A stretch of 15,274 nt of DNA from Campylobacterota bacterium (GTDB lineage Bacteria > Campylobacterota > Campylobacteria > Campylobacterales > Sulfurovaceae). Position numbers and translations under genes: made by a program. Position 1 is the stretch's first letter. Each line of letters opens with the position of its first letter. The stretch spans positions 20,798-36,071 of the forward strand of contig JAYEOM010000096.1 of the NCBI GenBank assembly GCA_034722955.1. Direction: 5' to 3'. Under the pieces are notes generated by a model. That model ran no database searches. It was not told the origin of the DNA and saw only the letters and a list, made by a program, of their open reading frames with translations. Below are positions 7,870 to 15,274 of this stretch, one piece after another.

Positions 7870-8661
7870 TTAATCAGAACTTGATATAGTAACGATATCT
7901 TTCCATGGACCATCTGGAACACTATTGTTGTCTACAAACTCCCAATCAACGGTATCGTTGATATCTATGCCTAAATAATCCCTGACAGCAGGAGAGACGA
8001 AAAGTCCAATATCACCACTCTCTATAGGCTTGTGATCTCCAAAAACATACTCTTTGTCATCATCTGATGGTCCTACATCTTCCCATTGTGCATAAACATT
8101 TTTTCGATTTGATGTTATCTTGATCCATCTATTTTTACAGATAGATTCATATTGACTATCATCCTCTGTAGCCCAAGGTATATAATCTACTCTATCCTCT
8201 TTTGCCTCTCTATCTCTATCGAGATCATCAAAAGGAAGTGCTGCATAAAATGGATTTTCATCAGGGGTAAATGCTTCTGGATTGTAGCCATCTCTCTCAT
8301 CCGGGTTATCAACACCTCCAAAATTTTCTATCCACCTCTCATCCCAAGCAGAGCTATTGTGATCTGATTCACCAACCCAAAAGAGTGTTGTTTTTATATC
8401 TTCGTGTAGAGTATAAGTGATATTTTCATCTGTTTTATTGTCATCTGGATCTGTTTGGTTTGAATCATCAGGATATATAGGATCTATCGGTATCAAGCTC
8501 CCGTTGTCATCGTTATCTGACCTGTTGTCATCAGGAGATGTAGAGTTAGTATCTTGAGATGTGTTGTCGTCTTCATTTGCACAGAGGGTATTGACATCTG
8601 TACATCCTACAAAAAATAGCGTGGTTATCATAATCAAAAATGACTTCAATAAAATCCTCAT
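7870..8661 (-). CDS. Acidic lipoprotein with a sequon-rich linker and a conserved C-terminal domain (putative DPBB-like)
   Basis: Lipobox FVG|C20; D/N/S/T/P low-complexity linker; globular domain with ENPFYAALP, KNRWIKI, YAQWEDVGP, VSPAVRDYLG, VPDGPW; AAGGGA RBS. Confidence 0.8.
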   Translation of the reverse strand: MRILLKSFLIMITTLFFVGCTDVNTLCANEDDNTSQDTNSTSPDDNRSDNDDNGSLIPIDPIYPDDSNQTDPDDNKTDENITYTLHEDIKTTLFWVGESDHNSSAWDERWIENFGGVDNPDERDGYNPEAFTPDENPFYAALPFDDLDRDREAKEDRVDYIPWATEDDSQYESICKNRWIKITSNRKNVYAQWEDVGPSDDDKEYVFGDHKPIESGDIGLFVSPAVRDYLGIDINDTVDWEFVDNNSVPDGPWKDIVTISSSD

Positions 8662-8680
8662 CTTTATTCCCTTGGTTATT

Positions 8681-8697
8681 ATTCTATCACTATTATA
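8681..8697 (-). promoter_or_regulatory. Tandem -10 elements for the lipoprotein (and possibly cysS)
   Basis: gcTATAAT (hexamer 8697-8692) and TGaTAGAAT (8689-8681) upstream of the RBS at 8673-8668. Confidence 0.5.
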
Positions 8698-8709
8698 GCC
8701 AAATATTTA

Positions 8710-9402
8710 TTAGGAGAAATCTCTTTTGATAAAAAGAGTGTACAAAATGATACTGAGTCCAGCACTTCCCATCACCATCGCCATCACAACGATCTGATAA
8801 CGAACTGCTATGAGCGGGTCAACTCCCGATAGGATCTGTCCTGTCATCATGCCGGGCAGTGATACGAGTCCCACAGCTAGAAAGGTGTTGATCTGAGGAA
8901 TCATAGCCGCCCTAAAAGCAGTAGCACGAGCTGTTATGAACTCTTGATCTCTGCTCTCTGATTCAAATCTCTCTATATATAGTGCCAATACATTCATGGC
9001 GTTGGCATAGATCATTCCTGCGATAGGAATGACAGATTTAGCCTGGTAGGGTGGATCTAACTCTATGACAGCATAGAGTACCAGCAGTAGGTTTATGGTT
9101 CCTGCTACAAAGATGACAGCGATGATCCGGCTAAAGTGCATCCAGCTCCTCTCAAGAGTACTACGCATCACGATCCAAGAGGAGATTGCAACCATAAAAA
9201 GTACAACTCCCACACCCATTAGCCAAGAGTTGATAGCAAAAAGATAAGTCAGGACAAATCCGATCATCAAGAGCTGTCCTATCATCCGCAGGGTAGCCCA
9301 TGCTATCTCAAAACGATCTCCTGTCCATCTAAAGTAAAAATATCCCACAATGACAATGGGAAGAAGCATGATGGAGAGGTGGCTAAAGTCAATAACAGGC
9401 AT
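8710..9402 (-). CDS. fetB: FetB/YbbM (UPF0014) family ABC transporter permease
   Basis: LRMIGQLLMIGFVL, IPIAGMIYANAM, GLVSLPGMMTGQILSGVDPLIAVRYQIVVM signature. Confidence 0.9.
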   Translation of the reverse strand: MPVIDFSHLSIMLLPIVIVGYFYFRWTGDRFEIAWATLRMIGQLLMIGFVLTYLFAINSWLMGVGVVLFMVAISSWIVMRSTLERSWMHFSRIIAVIFVAGTINLLLVLYAVIELDPPYQAKSVIPIAGMIYANAMNVLALYIERFESESRDQEFITARATAFRAAMIPQINTFLAVGLVSLPGMMTGQILSGVDPLIAVRYQIVVMAMVMGSAGLSIILYTLFIKRDFS

Positions 9403-9460
9403 CTATAGAGTAGTACCGTAAAGTGGGTTGTTTTGTATTCATCTATCTGCTTTCATGCTA

Positions 9461-9469
9461 ATTTTATCA
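9461..9469 (-). promoter_or_regulatory. Extended -10 TGaTAAAAT overlapping the murJ stop codon
   Basis: The murJ stop TGA (9469-9467) is followed immediately by TAAAAT (9466-9461). Confidence 0.45.
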
Positions 9470-10876
9470 CCTTATATACTCCATTATCCAGGTATTAACC
9501 CAATAGAGCAGAAGTGCAAATCCTGCCATTGAGAGTATAAAATAGAGTGATCTCTTTGACTTCACCATCACCCAAAATCTATCAGATCCAACTTCTCGTA
9601 CTGTAAAGATAAAAAGTACCCATCCACCGATACTGCCAGCAAGTGCAAGCCCTGAAGCCCCCATAGGGTGCATGAGTATCAGGGATGATGTTACAGATGT
9701 GATGAGTGAATAGATGGCTATCTTGGCAGCTCTCAAGTGTCTGTGTGAAGCGTATAGAAATAGAGAAAATAGTTTTGCCAATCCAAAAGGGAGTAGCCCT
9801 ACCATATACATTTGAAGTACCACTACAGTCTCTAGCGTTTGAACTTGTGTAAACTTCCCCCTCTCAAAAAGCAGCCAAACGATAGGTTCAGCCAGCAAAA
9901 TACCACCGAGCATAGCAGCACCTAACAAAAATGTCAATAACCAAAAGGCCTGTTTTAGATTGTCGTAGGCTATCTTCTCTTGACCATTTTTGAGTGCTTT
10001 GGAGACAGCAGGAAAGAGTACTGTGGCAGTAGCGATAGCGATGATAGCCAGTGGTAGCTGGAAAACACGGTTGGCATAAAAAAGATAAGAGACTGAACCC
10101 GCCAAGAGAAATGTTGCCAAGATTGTATCTATAAAAGCAGAGACTTGAGGTGTAGAATTTCCTAGTATGCCTGGTAAAAATAGAGATTGGAAATGCTTCT
10201 CCTCTCCTTTGATATCTCTGGTTTTTCTATATCTCCATCCACCTATGAGAAGTTTGTGAAGATTGAAGTGTCTAATTGTGATGAGATGAGCAACTACCTG
10301 TAGTACCCCTCCTGTCAATACAGCAAAACTTAGAGCATAGGCTACAGTTTTTGGATCATCCTTCATATAGATATATAGTGCTGTTATCATAGAGATATTT
10401 AGCAGGACAGTTGATAGGGCAGTTGTAGCAAAATGATTTTTATACTGTAGCAGTGTGGCTAAAAATGTAACAATAAATACGAGATCAAGATACCAAAAGT
10501 TTATGGCAGTTAGAGGTGCTGTCTGCTCTATCTGACTCCAAGGCCACCCCCAAGCCAAAAGTTTTGTGATGGGTTCGGGAAAGATAGTAACCATCAGAGA
10601 AAATGCCATCAAAAAGAGTAAAAATCTCAAAAAGATAGCAGTAGCAAAAACTCCCTTGTGCCTAGAGGAGACAAAAGAGGGCATAAATGCTTGAGTAAAT
10701 GCACCTTCAGCAAAGATACGGCGAAAAAGATTTGGTAGTTTGAAGGCGACAAAAAACATGTCGCTCCAGATAGATGCACCTAGTGCAGATGCCATCAAAA
10801 CATCGCGAAAAAGTCCTGTAACACGGGAGATGAGTATCCCAAAGCTGTTGGTAAATATAGATTTTAGTTTCATCAT
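9467..10876 (-). CDS. murJ: Lipid II flippase MurJ (MviN)
   Basis: SRVTGLFRD, AFKLPNLFRRIFAEGAF.QAF.P, YLFYANRVFQLPL, LFERGKF. ATG 10876 (or 10873) preferred over TTG 10894. Confidence 0.97.
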   Translation of the reverse strand: MMKLKSIFTNSFGILISRVTGLFRDVLMASALGASIWSDMFFVAFKLPNLFRRIFAEGAFTQAFMPSFVSSRHKGVFATAIFLRFLLFLMAFSLMVTIFPEPITKLLAWGWPWSQIEQTAPLTAINFWYLDLVFIVTFLATLLQYKNHFATTALSTVLLNISMITALYIYMKDDPKTVAYALSFAVLTGGVLQVVAHLITIRHFNLHKLLIGGWRYRKTRDIKGEEKHFQSLFLPGILGNSTPQVSAFIDTILATFLLAGSVSYLFYANRVFQLPLAIIAIATATVLFPAVSKALKNGQEKIAYDNLKQAFWLLTFLLGAAMLGGILLAEPIVWLLFERGKFTQVQTLETVVVLQMYMVGLLPFGLAKLFSLFLYASHRHLRAAKIAIYSLITSVTSSLILMHPMGASGLALAGSIGGWVLFIFTVREVGSDRFWVMVKSKRSLYFILSMAGFALLLYWVNTWIMEYIR

Positions 10877-10883
10877 AATGATG

Positions 10884-10906
10884 ATTTTACCCAAATAAGA
10901 TAAAAT
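10884..10906. promoter_or_regulatory. Back-to-back divergent -10 elements (murJ / methyltransferase)
   Basis: Minus strand ggTAAAAT (hexamer 10889-10884) and plus strand gaTAAAAT (hexamer 10901-10906), 11 bp apart. Confidence 0.5.
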
Positions 10907-10937
10907 ATCTATTTCGGATTATATATTTTGGAGTTTT

Positions 10938-11681
10938 ATGTTTCTTTATCAACCTACAAGTGGCTACTGCTATAATAGCGACTCTATTTTTTTATATGAT
11001 TTTATCACCTTATTGAAACCAAAAGGTAATGTTTTGGATGTAGGGTGCGGTGTAGGAGTGATATCACTTCTTTTAAGTCGTGATTTTAGACTCGATATGA
11101 CAATTATAGATAAACAAGAGAAGATGCTACTTTATGCTAAACATAACTATGAGATCAATAGTATCAAAACAGACTCCTATTTAGGAGATTTTCTCTCTTA
11201 TGATAGTGATAAAAAGTTTGACTTTATCATCTCAAATCCGCCATTTTATGATAGTCAGGTGACTCAGAGTAGAGATACCAACCTAAATATTTCACGATAT
11301 GCACATCATCTTCCTTTTGAAGCATTTGTGTCAAAGGTAAAAAAACTACTGAAGCCCCGTGGCAGGTTTATCTTCTGTTATGATGCCAAACAGATAGATA
11401 GCCTGCTGGCAATACTTAGAGAGAACAAGATTAATCCGGAAGTGATTCGGTTTGTTCACTCCAAGATAGATAGAGAGTCAAAGCTGGTGATGATAGCAGC
11501 ACGGATGAGCTCTAGATCGATGACTAGAGTTATGCCTCCTCTTGTTGTTTTTGATGATGAGAATAGATATCTTTTGGAAGCCAAACACGCTTTTGCAAAA
11601 GCAGGAACCCATAGTATTAAGGGTGATTTTTTAGAGAAGAGTACCTCAAGGGATGCAAATGATAGCAGAAGAGGGCTTTGA
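10938..11681 (+). CDS. tRNA1(Val) A37 N6-methyltransferase-like protein (TrmN6/YfiC family)
   Basis: YCYNSDSIFL, VLDVGCGVGVI (SAM motif I), IISNPPFY (amino-methyltransferase motif IV); GGAG RBS. Confidence 0.85.
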   Translation: MFLYQPTSGYCYNSDSIFLYDFITLLKPKGNVLDVGCGVGVISLLLSRDFRLDMTIIDKQEKMLLYAKHNYEINSIKTDSYLGDFLSYDSDKKFDFIISNPPFYDSQVTQSRDTNLNISRYAHHLPFEAFVSKVKKLLKPRGRFIFCYDAKQIDSLLAILRENKINPEVIRFVHSKIDRESKLVMIAARMSSRSMTRVMPPLVVFDDENRYLLEAKHAFAKAGTHSIKGDFLEKSTSRDANDSRRGL

Positions 11682-12036
11682 GTATAGCTTTGATCCATCT
11701 GCATGTATATCTTGTGGAGGTCACTGCTGTACGGGTGAGAGTGGCTATATATGGGTAAAATACCATGAAATTGAGAAGATTGCACTATTTTTAGAGCGAA
11801 GCGTCGAAGATTTCGCTACAATACATCTTAAAAAAGTCAAACATCGCTATAGCTTGATAGAGAAAAAGAGAGAAGTAGAGGGTGATTTTGCCTGTATTTT
11901 TTTTGATGCCAAGCTTAAGTGTTGTTCTATTTATCCGGTGCGTCCGCTTCAGTGTCGCACCTTTCCCTTTTGGGATCAGTTCAAAAATGATAGAGAAGAG
12001 GTAGAAAAAGAGTGTCCTGGAATTATAAAAAAATAG
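11659..12036 (+). CDS. YkgJ family cysteine-cluster (Fe-S/Zn) protein
   Basis: CxxCGGxCC, CIFFD, CSIYPVRPLQCRTFPFW, ECPG. AAGGG at 11648-11652 favours ATG 11659 over 11653. Confidence 0.9.
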   Translation: MIAEEGFEYSFDPSACISCGGHCCTGESGYIWVKYHEIEKIALFLERSVEDFATIHLKKVKHRYSLIEKKREVEGDFACIFFDAKLKCCSIYPVRPLQCRTFPFWDQFKNDREEVEKECPGIIKK

Positions 12037-13373
12037 TTATATCATCTCTGTTGACCCTAGCGATGGCAAGTCATACACTGGCTGTAGGGTTGTCTGAAAA
12101 TCAAGCAGTAGAGCCACAACACTCTACAGATAACGATGGCAGTATATATAAAAAGAAATTTGTCATCATCGAAGGTCTCAGTGAAGATGAGTGGATCATC
12201 AGAGCGATATGGCTTGAAGAGAATCATGCTTTTTTGCAGTCTGGTGAAATCTACAATAAGCTTTATGAGGCAACAGCTAAAAAAGAGTATCTTTTTAAAG
12301 AGGTGAGCAGTAGCATATATAGCAAAAGTAATGTAAGTGAAAGCTTGAAAAAACTAAAAACATGGAGTGATTTGCATCCAGAGGATTTGACAGGCAGAAG
12401 ATTGCTTTTGGCACTCTATATGAATGAGAAATCATTTAAAAAGGCTGAAGAGATCGGTACTTATCTTCTCAAACACTCGGATAAAGCATCTGACTTGGAA
12501 CTCGCTGCCAATCCATACCTGTTTTCCGGAAATTATAAGAAGGGTATCGAACTACTCAATAAACTCTACAGAAGAACAAAGAGTGAGCCGGTACTATTGA
12601 GGATCGCTGCCATCCAAGCACAATATCTCAAAGATCCAAAAAGAGCCATACAGATATTAGAGACACATAGACGCATAGAGGATGCCTCTCCTGAAGTCTA
12701 TAAGCTTTTGCTAGATCTATATGTCAAAGAGCAAAACCTTGATCAGGTACTTGAGGTTTATGAGGATCTTTATGAGAAGTATCCTCAAAAAGAGTATCTA
12801 GGAAAAATTATCGAGATCTATCTCTATAACCGTAATTTCAGCGCACTGATCAATTTTTTAGAGTTGACCGGTGGAGATGATGATATACTCTATGATCTCT
12901 ACAAAAAAGAGAAGCACTTCAAAAAAGCTAAGAAACTATGTGAAGATTTTTATCTCAATGATAGAGACCCTAAGTGGTTAGCAGAGAAAGCGATCCTGGT
13001 CTATGAGGCAGCCGAAGATAAAAATGATACCAAGATGCTTGAGGAGGTTGTCTCTCTCTTTGATGAAGCGATTTTACTGGGAGTTGATGATAGTATCTAT
13101 CTCAACTACTATGGGTATACTCTTATAGACAAAGAGTTAGATATAGAGAGAGGTCTAGAGGTCATAGCTCAAGCACTAGAGCAGCAACCTGACAATAGTT
13201 TTTACCTAGATTCTCAAGCCTGGGGATACTTCAAAAAAGGGGAGTGTCTCAAAGCCTATAATATTATGAAAAAAGTAGTAGAGAGAGAGGGGCTTGATGA
13301 GCCTGAGATCAAGGATCACTGGGACAAGATACGAGAGTGTCAAAAGCAGATTATTATAGGTAGTAGAAGTTAA
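12012..13373 (+). CDS. Exported tetratricopeptide-repeat protein
   Basis: Signal peptide; helical repeats; C-terminal [11 protein letters not shown]...[24 protein letters not shown] signature. Confidence 0.85.
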   Translation: MSWNYKKIVISSLLTLAMASHTLAVGLSENQAVEPQHSTDNDGSIYKKKFVIIEGLSEDEWIIRAIWLEENHAFLQSGEIYNKLYEATAKKEYLFKEVSSSIYSKSNVSESLKKLKTWSDLHPEDLTGRRLLLALYMNEKSFKKAEEIGTYLLKHSDKASDLELAANPYLFSGNYKKGIELLNKLYRRTKSEPVLLRIAAIQAQYLKDPKRAIQILETHRRIEDASPEVYKLLLDLYVKEQNLDQVLEVYEDLYEKYPQKEYLGKIIEIYLYNRNFSALINFLELTGGDDDILYDLYKKEKHFKKAKKLCEDFYLNDRDPKWLAEKAILVYEAAEDKNDTKMLEEVVSLFDEAILLGVDDSIYLNYYGYTLIDKELDIERGLEVIAQALEQQPDNSFYLDSQAWGYFKKGECLKAYNIMKKVVEREGLDEPEIKDHWDKIRECQKQIIIGSRS

Positions 13374-13375
13374 AC

Positions 13376-13412
13376 CCGAATTTTACAATAGAGACTCTAT
13401 TGCAAAATTCGG
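13376..13412. repeat. 37-bp near-perfect palindrome between the TPR gene and trpC
   Basis: CCGAATTTTaCAATAGAG-A-CTCTATTGcAAAATTCGG: 18-bp arms, one mismatch, 1-nt centre. Confidence 0.9.
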
Positions 13413-13428
13413 ATCAAAAGGAGACCAA

Positions 13429-14220
13429 TTGGCAAAAATATTGGATGATATCATCAAAAAAACAAGAGAAGATTTGGAGAAGCGAAAAAAGGATTTTCCA
13501 GTAGATTGGCTAGGTCGCTCTCTAAGCTTCAATCCATTTATCCCCAAGGATGTACAGAGTGCTCTTCGTTCTACAGAGGATAATCCATATCGTATCATAG
13601 CAGAAGTAAAAAAAGCGAGTCCTAGCAAGGGTGTGATCCGTGAAGATTTTGAGCCGGTATTGATAGCACAGCAGTATACTCAAGGAGGTGCAGATGCACT
13701 CTCCATCTTGACAGAACCTCACTTTTTTCAAGGAGATAGAGAGTATCTTGGGATGATTCGCCGCTATGTCAATACTCCTCTATTGAGAAAAGATTTTATT
13801 GTAGACAAGTATCAGTTAGTAGAGGCACTGGTTTATGGAGCTGACTTTGTACTCCTCATAGCCAAAGCATTGAGCAGAAAAGAGTTAAAAGAGCTCTATA
13901 ACTATGCACTCCACCTTGGGCTTGAAGTCTTAGTTGAAGTTCATGATAAATCTGATCTAGTCAAAGCTATGTTTGCAGGAGCAACGATCATAGGTATAAA
14001 TCATCGAAACTTAGAGACTTTTGAGATGGATATGAATCTGAGCGAAAAGCTAATCCCTATGATCCCCAATGGCAAGATCATCGTAGCAGAGAGTGGCATC
14101 AATGACCATGAGACAGTTGTAGAGCTTGGCAAGATCGGAGCTGATGCTTTTCTGGTAGGAGAACACTTCATGCGTCAGGACGATATCACTGCTGCTATCC
14201 GAGAGGTAAAGTACGGATAA
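13429..14220 (+). CDS. trpC: Indole-3-glycerol phosphate synthase
   Basis: [61 protein letters not shown] start with AAGGAG RBS. Confidence 0.98.
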   Translation: MAKILDDIIKKTREDLEKRKKDFPVDWLGRSLSFNPFIPKDVQSALRSTEDNPYRIIAEVKKASPSKGVIREDFEPVLIAQQYTQGGADALSILTEPHFFQGDREYLGMIRRYVNTPLLRKDFIVDKYQLVEALVYGADFVLLIAKALSRKELKELYNYALHLGLEVLVEVHDKSDLVKAMFAGATIIGINHRNLETFEMDMNLSEKLIPMIPNGKIIVAESGINDHETVVELGKIGADAFLVGEHFMRQDDITAAIREVKYG

Positions 14221-14239
14221 CAATAGTGGAGGATTTTTG

Positions 14240-14980
14240 ATGACTATTTTACTATTCAAAACTATTATGGTACTTCTGATCATCATAACTGCCTTAGCTG
14301 GAGGATATTTAGCCTTTAAGATCAAAGAGAGCAGCAGAAGTACTTTATACTTCTCACTGGGAAATACTTTTGCGGCCGGCATTTTTTTGGGTGCGGGACT
14401 TATCCATATGCTCCCAGATGCTAGAGAGGGCTTCTCTACTGTTCTTGCGAGTGACTTTCCCTTTGCAGCTTTTATCGCATCACTGGGATTTTTACTGATA
14501 CTATTTATAGAGAAGAGTATGGCAGGCAAGCAAAAAAACGCCTCTTATATATTGATCTTTATTCTCTCTATACACTCTATCATAGTAGGTGTTGCTTTGG
14601 GGACAGAAGAGACGATAAAGCAGTCTATTATTATCGCTATAGCTGTACTAGCACACAAAGGTTCAGCTGCTTTTGCTCTAGGTGTCAGTATGCTCAAAAG
14701 TGAAATAGAGAGTGCAAAGATTATGAATCTCATCACAATGTTTAGTCTTATGACACCACTTGGGATAGTGATAGGTCTAGTGATCTCCAATGCACTGAGT
14801 GGAAAATCTACACAGTTTAGCATAGCACTCTTTGATGCACTTGCCGCTGGAACATTTCTCTATATTGCCATTATGGATATCTTCAATGAGGAGTTTGAAG
14901 AGAAGAGTTATACCTATCTCAAGCTTCTTTTTGCTGTCTTGGGGCTACTCCTGATGGCACTTCTCGCTGTTTGGTTATAA
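14240..14980 (+). CDS. ZIP family divalent metal (Zn/Fe) transporter
   Basis: About 8 TM segments; FAAGIFLGAGLIHMLPDA, HSIIVG (TM4), AHKG (TM5), MTPLGI, AAGTFLYIA; GGAGGA RBS 6 nt before ATG 14240. Confidence 0.92.
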   Translation: MTILLFKTIMVLLIIITALAGGYLAFKIKESSRSTLYFSLGNTFAAGIFLGAGLIHMLPDAREGFSTVLASDFPFAAFIASLGFLLILFIEKSMAGKQKNASYILIFILSIHSIIVGVALGTEETIKQSIIIAIAVLAHKGSAAFALGVSMLKSEIESAKIMNLITMFSLMTPLGIVIGLVISNALSGKSTQFSIALFDALAAGTFLYIAIMDIFNEEFEEKSYTYLKLLFAVLGLLLMALLAVWL

Positions 14981-15067
14981 TCCTAACAACAAGATTTATT
15001 GGATTTTGATAGATGTGATATATTGGTGCATTGGAAACAGCACCCTTGATTACGCAAAAAGTATTTT

Positions 15068-15088
15068 GTAGGTTTGGCACTGCCAAAC
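15068..15088 (+). repeat. GTAG-type REP-like hairpin (second class)
   Basis: GTAG-GTTTGGC-ACT-GCCAAAC: GTAG foot followed directly by a perfect palindrome. Confidence 0.6.
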
Positions 15089-15149
15089 GATTAATCGGAT
15101 TTTGGTCAACATAAATGGTTATGATTTTATCAATTTGATATTCGGCTTT

Positions 15150-15274
15150 CTACGGGTCAGGCGTTGAATATACACCACTTCCTTTCAAAGTCTTACAAAC
15201 CAAAGATCGAGAAACCCCAATAAACTTAGCAATATTCGCTTGGGTATACCCATCTTTTAGTGCTGTTATTATGG
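15150..15274 (-). CDS. C-terminus of an HTH-tailed protein, probably a Y1/HUH (IS200-like/RAYT) transposase (partial)
   Basis: The minus frame reads IITALKDGYTQANIAKFIGVSRSLVCKTLKGSGVYSTPDP*, a clear HTH. The transposase call rests on recalled similarity to the tails of Y1_Tnp proteins; no catalytic domain is visible in the window. Confidence 0.5.
   Translation of the reverse strand, partial: IITALKDGYTQANIAKFIGVSRSLVCKTLKGSGVYSTPDP

Noticed and set aside
9389..9456. Mini-ORFs upstream of fetB (MKADR*, MNTKQPTLRYYSIDACY*)
   Set aside because: No SD or informative codon content; expected by chance.
13429..14220. trpC outside a trp operon, with no attenuator leader
   Set aside because: A methyltransferase-TPR-trpC neighbourhood is, from recall, usual in Campylobacterota, and no Trp-codon leader peptide is present.
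1857..14823. Other short antisense ORFs in the track (1857, 2631, 6657, 7334, 8152, 11456, 13383, 13522, 14050, 14545)
   Set aside because: All lie opposite well-supported genes and show no recognisable motifs.
14982..15149. 55 open codons continuing in frame after the TAG at 15150-15152 (possible readthrough or pseudogene)
   Set aside because: The extension runs through REP-like hairpins and is not protein-like; the HTH protein ends plausibly at TPDP*.
1..15274. CRISPR array, tRNA/rRNA, riboswitch, prophage or recognised defence operon
   Set aside because: No regularly spaced direct repeats, RNA gene signatures or hallmark genes were seen.

Overview
This is mostly a core chromosomal region of a Campylobacterota (Epsilonproteobacteria) genome, probably Sulfurovum-like. 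The taxon is inferred from gene content, gnTAnaAT-type promoters and the murJ...cysS and methyltransferase-YkgJ-TPR-trpC gene orders. Left to right: the 3' tail of an upstream gene; an inverted pair of GTAG-type REP elements; a MoxR AAA+ / DUF58 / transglutaminase (TgpA-like) operon (+); a minus-strand block, in transcription order murJ, an orphan FetB-like permease, an acidic lipoprotein, cysS, a small beta-barrel OMP and a DUF2130 protein; then a divergent plus-strand block (TrmN6-like methyltransferase, YkgJ, TPR protein, trpC, ZIP transporter); further REP-like hairpins; and the HTH-bearing C-terminus of a probable Y1 (IS200/RAYT-like) transposase cut by the right edge. No tRNA, rRNA or CRISPR array was seen. 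I cannot support a complete new system. The best leads are a lipoprotein with 9 D/E-X-N-X-S/T N-glycosylation sequons (7 within 52 aa) ahead of a putative DPBB domain, several GTAG-REP classes near a putative HUH transposase, a 37-bp near-perfect palindrome before trpC, an unannotated 35-aa ORF with promoter and RBS, an internally duplicated nuclease-like DUF2130 protein, and stop codons doubling as extended -10 promoters.
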